A stretch of DNA of 64,000 nt from Myxococcota bacterium (GCA_047621685.1 JBLHNG010000002.1:2350-66349); one strand, 5' to 3'. Counted from the stretch's first letter, positions 45,567-54,477 are shown. Translations and numbers: made by a program. Notes: a model not told the origin generated them from the sequence alone.

Positions 45567-46511
45567 ATGCGCTTTCTGCTTGTTGCTGTCTTCTTGATGT
45601 CCTGCGGTGACAAGGACACATCCACCGAACAGTCGACCCCCGACGACACCACGGCAAACTGGGAGGCCGACGCGGACACCGACACGGATGCCGACACCGA
45701 CGCCGACACCGATGCCGACACCGATGCAGATCCCGCCTACCACCCCGACGGCTACAAGTCCCCCCTCCTTCACAGCGTAGACGCCAAGCAGCACACCGAG
45801 ACCTGCACGGACTGCCACGGCGGGGACCTGACCGGCGGCGACGACGGTGCGCTGAGCTGCGACACCTGCCACTCCGAGGGCTGGCGGACGGACTGCACCT
45901 TCTGCCACGGCGGCACCGACAACACCACCGGCGCGCCCCCCGAAGACATCGACAACACCGACAAGGACGCCGCGTTTGGCGCCCACTCCCGCCATGTCGA
46001 GGAGAACACCCACGCTCCGTTTGACTGCGAGAGCTGCCACGTCACTCCCGAGGACGTGCTGACCAAGGGCCACCTCTTCGACGCCACCGCCGGAGTCGCC
46101 GAGGTGGACTTCACCGCCAGCCTCTCCGCAGCCGGAACCTGGGACCCCAAGAAGAACTCCTGCACCAACCTGTACTGCCACTCCACCGGTCAGGCAGAGG
46201 ATGGCGAGGTCACGCTCGCCGATGCCCCCCTCGACTGCGCCTCCTGCCACGCCGCCATGGACAGCAGCCGCGATGAGCGCAGCACGATGAGCGGCGAGCA
46301 CAGCCACCACATCAGCCACGACGTCGGCTGCCACGAGTGCCACGCCGACACCACCTCCGACAACGCCACGATCAGCGGCCCCGCGTCACACGTCAACGGC
46401 ATCGCTGACATCGTGCTCGCCAAGGACTCGCCGGCCGTCTGGGACAGCAAGACGGAGACCTGCACCGGCTCCTGCCACAACGAGAACCACAACGGCCTAA
46501 GCTGGGACTGA
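45567..46511 (+). CDS. CxxxxCH/CxxCH-motif multihaem-type lipoprotein
   Basis: 314 aa with lipobox FLMSC. Motifs CTDCH, CDTCH, CTFCH, CESCH, CTNLYCH, CASCH, CHECH and CTGSCH. Resembles the Geobacter/Myxococcota CxxxxCH..CxxCH family. Confidence 0.75.
   Translation: MRFLLVAVFLMSCGDKDTSTEQSTPDDTTANWEADADTDTDADTDADTDADTDADPAYHPDGYKSPLLHSVDAKQHTETCTDCHGGDLTGGDDGALSCDTCHSEGWRTDCTFCHGGTDNTTGAPPEDIDNTDKDAAFGAHSRHVEENTHAPFDCESCHVTPEDVLTKGHLFDATAGVAEVDFTASLSAAGTWDPKKNSCTNLYCHSTGQAEDGEVTLADAPLDCASCHAAMDSSRDERSTMSGEHSHHISHDVGCHECHADTTSDNATISGPASHVNGIADIVLAKDSPAVWDSKTETCTGSCHNENHNGLSWD
45669..45731 (+). repeat. 12-nt tandem repeat (gccgacaccgat-like) encoding (DADT)n linker
   Basis: gac gcg gac acc gac acg gat gcc gac acc gac gcc gac acc gat gcc gac acc gat gca gat, read directly from the sequence. 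Confidence 0.8.
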
Positions 46512-46517
46512 GCCGGG

Positions 46518-47516
46518 CTACCGGTTGTTCAGGCTCCAGTCGTACTCCAGGAACGCCACGGTGAACCCGGAGACGTCGGCCTCGACATAGCGGTCGATGT
46601 ACCCCGGGATCGCCTCCGGTCCACCGAAGTCATCAGCATACCAGTCGAAGATGGCGGACAGGTGCAGGGTCTGACTGTCGGTGTCGATGGTGTTGCGGCT
46701 GTCGTTCCGGATCCAGCGGCGGGTGCTGGCGGTGAGGTTGCGGCTGAGGTTGTCGGCGGTGTAGGCCGAGGTGGTGAGCGGCGGACAGGACCGGGCGCCG
46801 CAGACCAGGGCGGCGTGGATGCGTGGATCCCCCATCGGACGGACCCGCTTGTGCTCCAGGTCGTTGAGCGAGAGGGTGCCGCTGTGGGTGCGGACGAGGG
46901 GCTCATCGAAGATCCCCCAGTCCCCCTCAGCGACGGAGTAGCCGGGCCGGTATCGATCGGCGATCGCGGCGATCATCGTGGCGTTGTAGAGGTTGATGTA
47001 GAGCGCCAGCCGCTCGGAGCGTGACAGCGCGGCGGTGTCTATCGCGGCGAGGGCGTCGAGGTAGTCGCCGAGTGCCGTGCGGTGGGTGCTGGCGACGGCG
47101 GCGTAGTCGATGCGCTCGCTGCGCACGGTGGCCTTGAGGATGGTGTCGAAGGGATCGTGGAGGCCCGGGGGCTCTGGCTCGGGTTCGGGCTCAGCAGCAG
47201 GCTCGGGCGGCGTCTCAGGCTTCGCGACGGGCTCAACCACCGCAGCAGGCTTGGCGACCGACTTCGGCTCTGAGACCGGCTCTGAGACCGGCTCTGGCGG
47301 TTTCGGCACAGCGACCGGCTCCACCCCGACAACCTCTGCAACCGGCTCCGCCTCTGCGACCGGCTCAACCTCCGCGACCGGCTCAACCTCCGCGACCGGC
47401 TCAACCTCCACGACCGGCTCAACCGTCGGCTCGGGCGCGGCCTCCTTCGTCTCAGGCGGAGGCGTATCACAGGCCATCAGCACAAGAAGCAGCAGGATCG
47501 GGTGACTTTTCATCAT
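46518..47516 (-). CDS. DUF547-domain lipoprotein with a Pro/Glu/Val repeat linker
   Basis: 332 aa with lipobox LVLMAC and (EVEPVA)n repeats. C-terminal ..LALYINLYNA..IHAALVCGARSCPPL..FDWY..DF.. fits DUF547. Confidence 0.7.
   Translation of the reverse strand: MMKSHPILLLLVLMACDTPPPETKEAAPEPTVEPVVEVEPVAEVEPVAEVEPVAEAEPVAEVVGVEPVAVPKPPEPVSEPVSEPKSVAKPAAVVEPVAKPETPPEPAAEPEPEPEPPGLHDPFDTILKATVRSERIDYAAVASTHRTALGDYLDALAAIDTAALSRSERLALYINLYNATMIAAIADRYRPGYSVAEGDWGIFDEPLVRTHSGTLSLNDLEHKRVRPMGDPRIHAALVCGARSCPPLTTSAYTADNLSRNLTASTRRWIRNDSRNTIDTDSQTLHLSAIFDWYADDFGGPEAIPGYIDRYVEADVSGFTVAFLEYDWSLNNR
47338..47427 (-). repeat. 18-bp tandem repeat (gcgaccggctcaacctcc; 3 perfect plus flanking degenerate units) inside the DUF547 gene
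   Basis: Perfect units at 47356-47373, 47374-47391 and 47392-47409. They encode EVEPVA on the minus strand. Confidence 0.85.
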
Positions 47517-48121
47517 TTGTCTCCGACGTTGGATGAGGATTATCTCGTAATTTACCAGACGCGCCGAGCAACACTTGCTTCACCACCATGCTGCCATCTT
47601 CGTACCCGTCAGCGAGTACATCTGGATCCGGTGTCGTGGGGAGAGAGGTGTAGCGGAGAGATAGTTGTTGCAGAAACCTGTTGTTGTCTTAAAGTCAGTC
47701 AAACCCCTGCCCGAGCACCTGCGCGAACCATGACCTGTAGAATGCCCATCGCGGATCGAACCTGGCGCTGTAAAGCGTTCGATTTCTTCGTGGTCACCGC
47801 ATCCTGCAGCCGAGCGTGCCAGGGCGGAGAGGACTGAGACAGGGCCGGGTTTACCCCGTTCCTTGTATTCAAACCCATTGAGCCCTGGTCACCCCTGACT
47901 GGGGCTCGCCTGCTTCTGGATCCTGCCTGAACCGCACCCGCGGCCGGGCTGATCGTCGTGGTTCATCCCATGTGATCTCGTGAACCAGCCCCCAGGCCAC
48001 CCGCCGACACTTCCGTTGGTTGGGCGGCGCCATAGCGTCGATTCGTAACGTAACGGATTGGCGAACGACACCTGTCTGCCGAATTGCAGACAACACCTGA
48101 AGACACCACCAGGAGGACACC

Positions 48122-48841
48122 ATGTCCGGACACAGCCGCTACGCCAACATCAAGCACCGCAAGGGCGCCGCAGACGCCCGACGGAGCCGGATCTTCTCCC
48201 GCCTCTCCCGGGAGCTGACCACCGCCGTCCTCCTGGGAGGGAGCCCCGATCCCACCGACAATCCCCGCCTGCGGGGCGCCATCGCCAGCGCACGGAAGGA
48301 GAACATGCCCGGCGACAACATCAGCCGGGCGATCCGTCGGGCGGGCGGGGTCGGCGGCAGCCAGCTGTCTGAGGGCACCTTCGAGGGCTTCATGCCCGGC
48401 GGGGTCGGTGTCTTCGTCGAGACGGCATCGGACAACCACAACCGCACCGTCATGCGGGTCCGCACCCACTTCCGGCGTCACGGCGGCAGCCTCGGCCAGC
48501 ACGGCTGCCTCTCCGCGATCTTCGCCCGGCTCGGAGTGCTCACCGCGTCCTGTCCCGACCCCGACACCCTGAGCCTCGCGCTCATTGATGCAGGTGCTGA
48601 GGATCTACACGTCGACGGCGAGCACCTCACCGTGCGGTGCCAGCCCGCAGACCTCTCCGCGCTTGCCGGGCTTGTCAACGCCGAGGGCCTCACCGTTTCT
48701 CGCGCCGCCGTTGAGCGCATCCCCACCCTCCGCCAGCCCCTGTCCACTGCCCATTGCGATGGATTGAGGCGAATCCTCGATGCTTTGGACGTGGACGAGG
48801 ACGTGGTGGCGGTCTACCACAGCGCCGCACTTGAGGGATAA
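48122..48841 (+). CDS. YebC/PmpR-family DNA-binding transcriptional regulator
   Basis: MSGHSRYANIKHRKGAADARRSRIFSRLSRELTTAV.. is the canonical YebC N-terminus. AGGAGG lies upstream. Confidence 0.9.
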   Translation: MSGHSRYANIKHRKGAADARRSRIFSRLSRELTTAVLLGGSPDPTDNPRLRGAIASARKENMPGDNISRAIRRAGGVGGSQLSEGTFEGFMPGGVGVFVETASDNHNRTVMRVRTHFRRHGGSLGQHGCLSAIFARLGVLTASCPDPDTLSLALIDAGAEDLHVDGEHLTVRCQPADLSALAGLVNAEGLTVSRAAVERIPTLRQPLSTAHCDGLRRILDALDVDEDVVAVYHSAALEG

Positions 48842-48846
48842 ACGCC

Positions 48847-48900
48847 GGCTCCGGCTTTCACCCCGACCCAGGCTATGGGTCTAAAGAGAAAGCCGGAGCC
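48847..48900 (+). promoter_or_regulatory. 13-bp perfect long-range inverted repeat (ggctccggctttc .. gaaagccggagcc) around the start region of the CotH-like gene
   Basis: Arms at 48847-48859 and 48888-48900 with a 28-nt loop. The 3' arm contains the GGAG that lies 6 nt upstream of ATG 48905. The alternative ATG 48875 lies in the loop. Confidence 0.4.
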
Positions 48901-48904
48901 TGCC

Positions 48905-50584
48905 ATGTCCCCCATCGCCCTCGTCCTGACACTGACAGCCTGCCGCCCGACGGAGACCCCAGGCATCGACGAAGGCGACGACACGCTCGACGAGGACACG
49001 CTCGGCGGGGATCCGCTCTACGACCTCTCCCACCTCCTCACCGTCGACCTCACTCTGCCCGAAGCAGACTGGGACACCCTGCGCAGACAGACCCGATCCA
49101 TCGAGGACGTCATCTTCGCAGAGGACTGCCAGGCCGAGCCGTTCGACAGCCCGTTCACCTGGTTTGAGGCCAGCGTCAGCCTCGACGGGCAGACCTTTGA
49201 GCGCATCGAGGTGCGCAAGAAGGGCTTCATCGGCTCGCTCAATGAGGACAAGCCGAGCCTCAAGCTCGATCTGGGCGAGTTTGACGACGAAGCCACCTTC
49301 ATGGACGCGCGGCGGCTGACCCTCAACAACGCCGTCTCCGACCCGGCCCTCATCCGACAGTGCCTCGCCTACGCCGCCTTCGCAGACGCTGGCATCCCCG
49401 CCAGCCAGTGCAGCCTCGCCCGGGTCTCGGTCAACGGCGATGACCTCGGCATCTTCGTCAACATCGAGCCGATCAAGAAGCCGATGCTGGAGGGCCACTT
49501 CGCCAGCGTGGAGGGCAACCTCTACGAGGGCACCCTGTCGGACTTCCGGGCGGGCTGGACGGGCACGCTGGAGAAGAAGACCAACGAGACTGAGGACGAC
49601 TGGAGCGACATCGACGCGCTGGTGGAGGCTGCTGAAGCCGACGATGACGACCTGATCGCAGCGCTGTCTGAGGTGATCGACCTCGATGACTTCTTTCGGT
49701 TCTGGGCCATGGAGGTCCTCACCCAGCACGGCGACGGCTACGCGGGCAACACCAACAACTTCTACCTCTACGCCGACCCCGCTGATGGCCTGCTGCGCTT
49801 CATCCCCTGGGGCGTGGACATGACCCTCGGCGTCTGGGAGGAGACGCCCCCGAGCGTCTACGCCTCGGGAATCCTCGCCTGGAGGCTCTATGGGCTACCC
49901 GAAGGCCGAGAGCGGTACGCCGACGCCATGGAGCAGGTGCTCGCGGACGCCTGGGACCCCGACCTCATGGCCGCTCGAATCGACACCATGACCGCGCTCA
50001 TCGAGCCGGAGGTGAGCGCGTCGGAGTGGAGCCGGATCAGTGGGGAGATCAGCGACGTGCGCGACCGGGTGGAAGACCGGGCCGGCGAGCTGGAGGCGGT
50101 GCTGTCTGAGGGGCTCACAGACTGGAACGGGGAGCCTCGGGACAGCTTCTGCATTGCCCCGTTCGGGTCGGTCGAGGTGGCGTTCGAGACCACCTGGGGA
50201 ACCCTGACCACCGCGGATCCGTTCACGACGGGCACCTCCGAGATCGACCTGGACTTCGACGACGGCACGGTGCTCGACCTCGACAACGGCAGCGCGATCA
50301 TCGGCACCGCAGAGGGCGAGACGGTGATGTACCTGCCCGCCTGGATCTCCCCCACCCAGGCGATCCTCCTCTACGCCAGCGTGCCCGAATCCGACATCAC
50401 CCCCGGCACCCTGACCCTCGACCTCAGCGAGCGCATCGGTGCGCTGATGTACCTCGACACCGACACGATGGAAGACTTCGAATTCGTCAGCTACATCACC
50501 GGAGATCTCACCTTCACCGAGGCCGACACCACCAGCTCGGCCCCGGTCTCAGGAACCCTGAGCGGTCAGTTCCTCGCGCTCTGA
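48905..50584 (+). CDS. CotH-family (spore-coat-protein-H-like kinase) lipoprotein
   Basis: MSPIALVLTLTAC lipobox (ATG 48875 is an alternative start). ..KKGFIGSLNEDKPSLKLDL.., LTLNNAVSDP, ..NLYEGTLSDF.., NNFYLYADP...L.FIPWG.D fit CotH. Confidence 0.75.
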   Translation: MSPIALVLTLTACRPTETPGIDEGDDTLDEDTLGGDPLYDLSHLLTVDLTLPEADWDTLRRQTRSIEDVIFAEDCQAEPFDSPFTWFEASVSLDGQTFERIEVRKKGFIGSLNEDKPSLKLDLGEFDDEATFMDARRLTLNNAVSDPALIRQCLAYAAFADAGIPASQCSLARVSVNGDDLGIFVNIEPIKKPMLEGHFASVEGNLYEGTLSDFRAGWTGTLEKKTNETEDDWSDIDALVEAAEADDDDLIAALSEVIDLDDFFRFWAMEVLTQHGDGYAGNTNNFYLYADPADGLLRFIPWGVDMTLGVWEETPPSVYASGILAWRLYGLPEGRERYADAMEQVLADAWDPDLMAARIDTMTALIEPEVSASEWSRISGEISDVRDRVEDRAGELEAVLSEGLTDWNGEPRDSFCIAPFGSVEVAFETTWGTLTTADPFTTGTSEIDLDFDDGTVLDLDNGSAIIGTAEGETVMYLPAWISPTQAILLYASVPESDITPGTLTLDLSERIGALMYLDTDTMEDFEFVSYITGDLTFTEADTTSSAPVSGTLSGQFLAL

Positions 50585-50620
50585 GAGCGAAGGTAGACAC
50601 CGTGACTACCTTCGCTCTCA
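50582..50620. terminator. 15-bp perfect hairpin between convergent genes (candidate bidirectional terminator)
   Basis: tgagagcgaaggtag-acaccgtga-ctaccttcgctctca. Both stop codons (TGA 50582-84 and tca 50618-20) form the base of the stem. There is no U-tract. Confidence 0.45.
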
Positions 50621-51604
50621 GCCCCAGCGGATCTGGTAGTCCAGGGAGTGGCCGATGCGACCGGAGAACCGCTCGATGGACTTCGCGGCCATCTTCTCGC
50701 TGAGCCCCACCGGGATCAGCGTGGTCAGCCAGCTCGACAGCCCAGCCTCACCGACCCGCCCTCGTGCCCCTGACGCCGGGGTGTAGGCGATCTGCGCGCT
50801 GCGCTGGCCCACCTTCTCCAGCAGCGCGTAGAGGTCGCGGAACACGATGAACGAGGTCTCGTTCTGGTTGGCGACCCAGTTGGCGACCGGCAGGAAGTCG
50901 ATGAGGTGGATGAGCTGGTAGTTGAGCTGGATCCAGAAGTCCGCGCCGCTCATCTCGATGGGCTCGTTGTCGATGACCCGGTGGAAGCGGATCGACTCCA
51001 GGGCCTCCACCCGATGCGCGTTCGCCCACAGCTCCGCCCGAAGTGCGGGGGGGTAGAGCAGCCGGAGCACGGAGGGGAACGCCTCGGTGTGGGTCCACTC
51101 TTCTGGGGTCATCAGCGCCTGGAGGGCCGGGATCTTGTCGGCGGTCATCGCGAAGGTGTTGGTGCCGGTGCCAAGGATGGAGTGCAGCAGCATCACGATG
51201 GGGGCGTGCCTGGGGAAGTGCTGAACGCAGTACTCGAAGCCGAAGTAGAGGTGATCGAGGAACGAGCCGTCGGCGTGCTCGACGTTGAAGTCGCACTCCT
51301 CGACCATGAACTGCAGCAGCTCCGGGCGGATCGTGGGCAGGATGTGCTCAGCACGGGCGGCATCGTAGCCGGACTGCACCGTTGTGGCGGCCCTGGTGTC
51401 CCAGTGGACCTCCTTGCCCACCCGGGTCTTCATCACAAACCGTGCGGCCCGACCTTCGAGGGTCTGGAAGATGGTCCGGTCCAGATCGAAGTCGGGGATC
51501 GGCTCGATGCGAACGGAGCCGGTGTGCTCGAAGGCCCCACCACGAACAATGGCGGCCTTGCGGTGAAGGGAGGGATCGGGGCGGATCTCGGCAGACTGGG
51601 TCAT
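50618..51604 (-). CDS. hypothetical protein (last gene of the radical SAM cassette)
   Basis: 328 aa, cytoplasmic-looking, several His/Glu-rich helices (NVEHADGSFLDHLYFGFEY, LLHSILG, EEWTHTE). No family recognised. Confidence 0.55.
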   Translation of the reverse strand: MTQSAEIRPDPSLHRKAAIVRGGAFEHTGSVRIEPIPDFDLDRTIFQTLEGRAARFVMKTRVGKEVHWDTRAATTVQSGYDAARAEHILPTIRPELLQFMVEECDFNVEHADGSFLDHLYFGFEYCVQHFPRHAPIVMLLHSILGTGTNTFAMTADKIPALQALMTPEEWTHTEAFPSVLRLLYPPALRAELWANAHRVEALESIRFHRVIDNEPIEMSGADFWIQLNYQLIHLIDFLPVANWVANQNETSFIVFRDLYALLEKVGQRSAQIAYTPASGARGRVGEAGLSSWLTTLIPVGLSEKMAAKSIERFSGRIGHSLDYQIRWG

Positions 51605-51641
51605 GGTGGCCCTCAGAGGCGGTTGCAGGGGTCTCTATCGC

Positions 51642-52121
51642 TCACTGCGCTGGTCTGGACACAAATCCAATGCGCGCATGAATTCTCGCAGCCGACGGCT
51701 TCACGATCAGTGTGGTCCCTTCCGGGGGAGCCTGTCGCCCGACACACTGCGCTCCGCCGCAGAGAAACGGGGCCAGATGCGATGCGATGGGTCCCCGCTT
51801 GCTCATCCTCACCCCGCAGACCGTGCAGCGCCACCAGCCGATCCCGAGCTGCTTCCACTGCACAGACGGGCTCGGATGCCAGTCTGCTGGCGTGTCAACG
51901 ATCTCATTGAAGTCGCGCTCTCGGCCATCGGGGGCCACGACGCAGTCGATGTAGTCGAAGTCCCAGGCATCGAGGAAGATCACGACCTCCCAGCCGTCAC
52001 CCAGCCGGTAGTGGACATTACCGGCCGCCGCCTGAGGCTCGACGTTGGCGAGCAGCCGGACCTCTCCAGTCTCAATGCGGCCCCAGAGCCTCAGAAGCTC
52101 GGCGTCCGTGATGGCGCTCAC
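51642..52121 (-). CDS. hypothetical protein with a C-terminal Cys-rich segment
   Basis: 159 aa. The GTG start overlaps the radical SAM stop (GTGA). ..WWRCTVCGVRM..FLCGGAQC.. is possibly a zinc ribbon. Confidence 0.45.
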   Translation of the reverse strand: MSAITDAELLRLWGRIETGEVRLLANVEPQAAAGNVHYRLGDGWEVVIFLDAWDFDYIDCVVAPDGRERDFNEIVDTPADWHPSPSVQWKQLGIGWWRCTVCGVRMSKRGPIASHLAPFLCGGAQCVGRQAPPEGTTLIVKPSAARIHARIGFVSRPAQ

Positions 52122-54001
52122 TGCGCGGCTTCTCGGGTGACCACCCGGTCGAGCAGCCGGTCTGTTAGCGCGAGGATGGTCGGGCTGTGAGACTGCCCGG
52201 GAAGCACCACGTTGAAGTTCGCGGTCCTCCGATAGCAGGGACGAGCGTCGTCTCTGGGGGTGAGGAGGAGCAGCAGCAGCTCTCGCCCTGCCCCGTCGAG
52301 GATCTGCACCTCGCCGCGCTGCGGGGTGACTGAGACCAGCAGCCGGTCCGAACGCTGGCGGCCCAGTGAGAACAGGCGGACCAGCAACGCCTCGGGGAAG
52401 ATCGGCGGATCTGGGGGCAGCGGCTCGGGCGGCGGAGGCGGGAGCGGGGGCTCGGGCGACGACTCGCTCGGCTCAGGAGGCGGCGGGAGGATGTTGTGGG
52501 CGGTCCATCGGGCCAGGAAGTCGTGGCGGTCCGGGGGGAGCATCCAGCCCGCCAGGATCTCGACGGGGACGGGGCAGTCCACCCGCAGGACCCCGCCAAA
52601 GTGCTCGACGATGCCCATCATCCGCCGACACCGCAGCTCCGGATCGCCCGCCGCATCGCTGCCGCGCCACAGCACACCGTAGGACGGCCCCTCCAGGTCC
52701 CCCATCGCCGCACGGCCCTGGGCGTTGTCGGTGGTGAACAGCGGCGAGACGTTGGCGTTGGGGGACAGCCCGTCGAGCCCGGCAATGCGCTCCAGCATCG
52801 AGACCGTCTGGTGGTACTCCGCCTCGGTCTCGTCCGGCCAGCCGACGATCACCCCGAAGCCGACGTGGACCCGCCCCCCGCTGGCCCGATCGGCGCGCTG
52901 AAGGGCCGACCAGACCTGTGCGGACGTGCCGGGCTTCTTCATCACCTTGCGGATTCGGTCGCAGCCGGACTCCAGGCCGAAGAACAGCTGGGTGATGCCC
53001 GCCTCTGCAGCCCGCTCGACCACCGCCTCGGTGACCCGGGGGTCGACCACCCAGTTGGCGGAGCACTGCGCCTGTGTGCCTGCGGTGATCAGGGTCGTGC
53101 AGAGGTCCGTGAATTGGCTGGGCCAGCCGTTGATGGTCGCATCGCACAGCTCGACGGTGATGTCGGGGCGGTCGGGGTAGGCCTGCCGCCAGCCGTGGGC
53201 GATGCGGCGGATCTCCTCGGCACAGGTCTCCACGCTGCCCCAGCCGGTCTCGGGATAGACGAGCTGGTTGGTGCAGAACGCGCACCGAAAGACACAGCCG
53301 ACGTTGAGGACCGTCGGCAATCGGGGCTGGGTGTCGGGTGCGACGAGGGGCAGCAGGGCGGCGTAGTCGATGGGGCTGGTGGGCGGGGTGCTCTTCGCCA
53401 GCGGGCCGCCATCGTCGAGATGCTCCGGTGCGATCCAGGTGTGTGCCAGCCGACGCCCCCGGCCCGGGTGACCATCCAGCATCGCCGTCGCCAGCGGCAC
53501 GATCACATCATCGCCCGATCCACTGACCACCGCGTCTGCCCAGGGTCCGTGCAGGATCGCCTTTCGCTCGATCGCCTCTGGACCACCGAGGATGATCCGG
53601 ACCTCAGGGCGGCGCTGCCGGATCATCTGGCAGACCTGAAGGGTGAGGTCGACGTTGGTCCGCCAGATCGAGAGCGCCACCACACCCTCTCCCCCCGACA
53701 GCAGGCGATCGAGGATCTCCGCAAACAGCGCCGGGTGCTGCGCTGCTGCCTCTGCGAGCCGGGCCATGCGGGTGGCGAGGGGGACATCCAGCGCCAGGGT
53801 CGCCAGGGATGAGAGCCGGATGTCCTCGGGGACCGCGTTCAGGTCGGCTAGCGGACGAATCAGGCGGGTGGGGACGCCGTTGTCGTTGAGGATGTGCGCC
53901 AGTCGGACCACACCGGCACCGAGCCAGGTGTAGTGGAAGAAGGGCGGGAGGGTGGCGAGGACGACGGAGGACACAGGATCAGGGTAGCGCGGTGCGGTCA
54001 C
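52118..54001 (-). CDS. B12-binding-domain radical SAM protein with a Pro-rich linker and an extra C-terminal domain
   Basis: 627 aa. N-terminal Rossmann-like B12-type region (..VVALSIWRTNVDL..VRIILGGPEA..). CVFRCAFC is a CxxxCxxC radical SAM cluster motif. PPPPEPSESSPEPPLPPPPPEPLPPDPP linker, then about 110 further aa. Confidence 0.8.
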   Translation of the reverse strand: MTAPRYPDPVSSVVLATLPPFFHYTWLGAGVVRLAHILNDNGVPTRLIRPLADLNAVPEDIRLSSLATLALDVPLATRMARLAEAAAQHPALFAEILDRLLSGGEGVVALSIWRTNVDLTLQVCQMIRQRRPEVRIILGGPEAIERKAILHGPWADAVVSGSGDDVIVPLATAMLDGHPGRGRRLAHTWIAPEHLDDGGPLAKSTPPTSPIDYAALLPLVAPDTQPRLPTVLNVGCVFRCAFCTNQLVYPETGWGSVETCAEEIRRIAHGWRQAYPDRPDITVELCDATINGWPSQFTDLCTTLITAGTQAQCSANWVVDPRVTEAVVERAAEAGITQLFFGLESGCDRIRKVMKKPGTSAQVWSALQRADRASGGRVHVGFGVIVGWPDETEAEYHQTVSMLERIAGLDGLSPNANVSPLFTTDNAQGRAAMGDLEGPSYGVLWRGSDAAGDPELRCRRMMGIVEHFGGVLRVDCPVPVEILAGWMLPPDRHDFLARWTAHNILPPPPEPSESSPEPPLPPPPPEPLPPDPPIFPEALLVRLFSLGRQRSDRLLVSVTPQRGEVQILDGAGRELLLLLLTPRDDARPCYRRTANFNVVLPGQSHSPTILALTDRLLDRVVTREAAQ

Positions 54002-54048
54002 ATGATGGTTGTCAACCTGTGCGGAGAGTCCTGTCGTAGGCTCTCTCC

Positions 54049-54456
54049 ATGAAGATCCGTCTCCTCTTCCTCGCTGCCCTGCTGACCACTGCCCTGGCCT
54101 GCAGTGGCCTGATCGACACCGAAGCCCTCATCGCCCAGGGCGACGCCGCTGCCGCCGAGGGCACCGCGTTTGGTGCCTCGACCGACCTGCATGGCTGCAT
54201 CCGGGAGGGGCTCTCCCGACAGTCCACCTGTGGGGAGATGGAGGTGATGTGCCTGACCATGAACAACCTCTGGACCCAGGGATGCCTCGATGAAGCCAGC
54301 CCGGTCAGCGGCTTCTGCGAGGGCGTTCCGACCAAGGAGAGCATCATGGAGACTGCCCGCTGGCGCGTCGCCCGCTGTGAGGCGGAGGGCTACGGTGGGG
54401 ACAAGCGGTGCCCGAACCTGCTGGACGCGGTGCAGCTCTACTGCCACGACTCCTGA
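54049..54456 (+). CDS. hypothetical Cys-rich lipoprotein
   Basis: 135 aa with lipobox TTALAC. Confidence 0.5.
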   Translation: MKIRLLFLAALLTTALACSGLIDTEALIAQGDAAAAEGTAFGASTDLHGCIREGLSRQSTCGEMEVMCLTMNNLWTQGCLDEASPVSGFCEGVPTKESIMETARWRVARCEAEGYGGDKRCPNLLDAVQLYCHDS

Positions 54457-54477
54457 GCGGCATTGAAAGAGGAGACC

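Noticed and set aside
44553-46343. 596-aa ORF on the minus strand
   Set aside because: It is antisense to the pentapeptide-repeat gene and the CxxCH lipoprotein gene. Its apparent repeats simply mirror the pentapeptide repeats on the other strand.
45669-47427. Short tandem repeats (12-nt at 45669-45731, 18-nt at 47338-47427) as possible CRISPR or other non-coding arrays
   Set aside because: The units are contiguous with no spacers. They lie inside ORFs and encode in-frame acidic or Pro-rich linkers, (DADT)n and (EVEPVA)n.
47730-47800. GGTTCGATCC-like sequence on the minus strand, suggestive of a tRNA or tmRNA T-arm
   Set aside because: The flanks do not form a 5-bp T-stem. There is no acceptor stem or CCA context, no tmRNA 5' GGGG..TTCGACGGG partner, and no plausible tag ORF.
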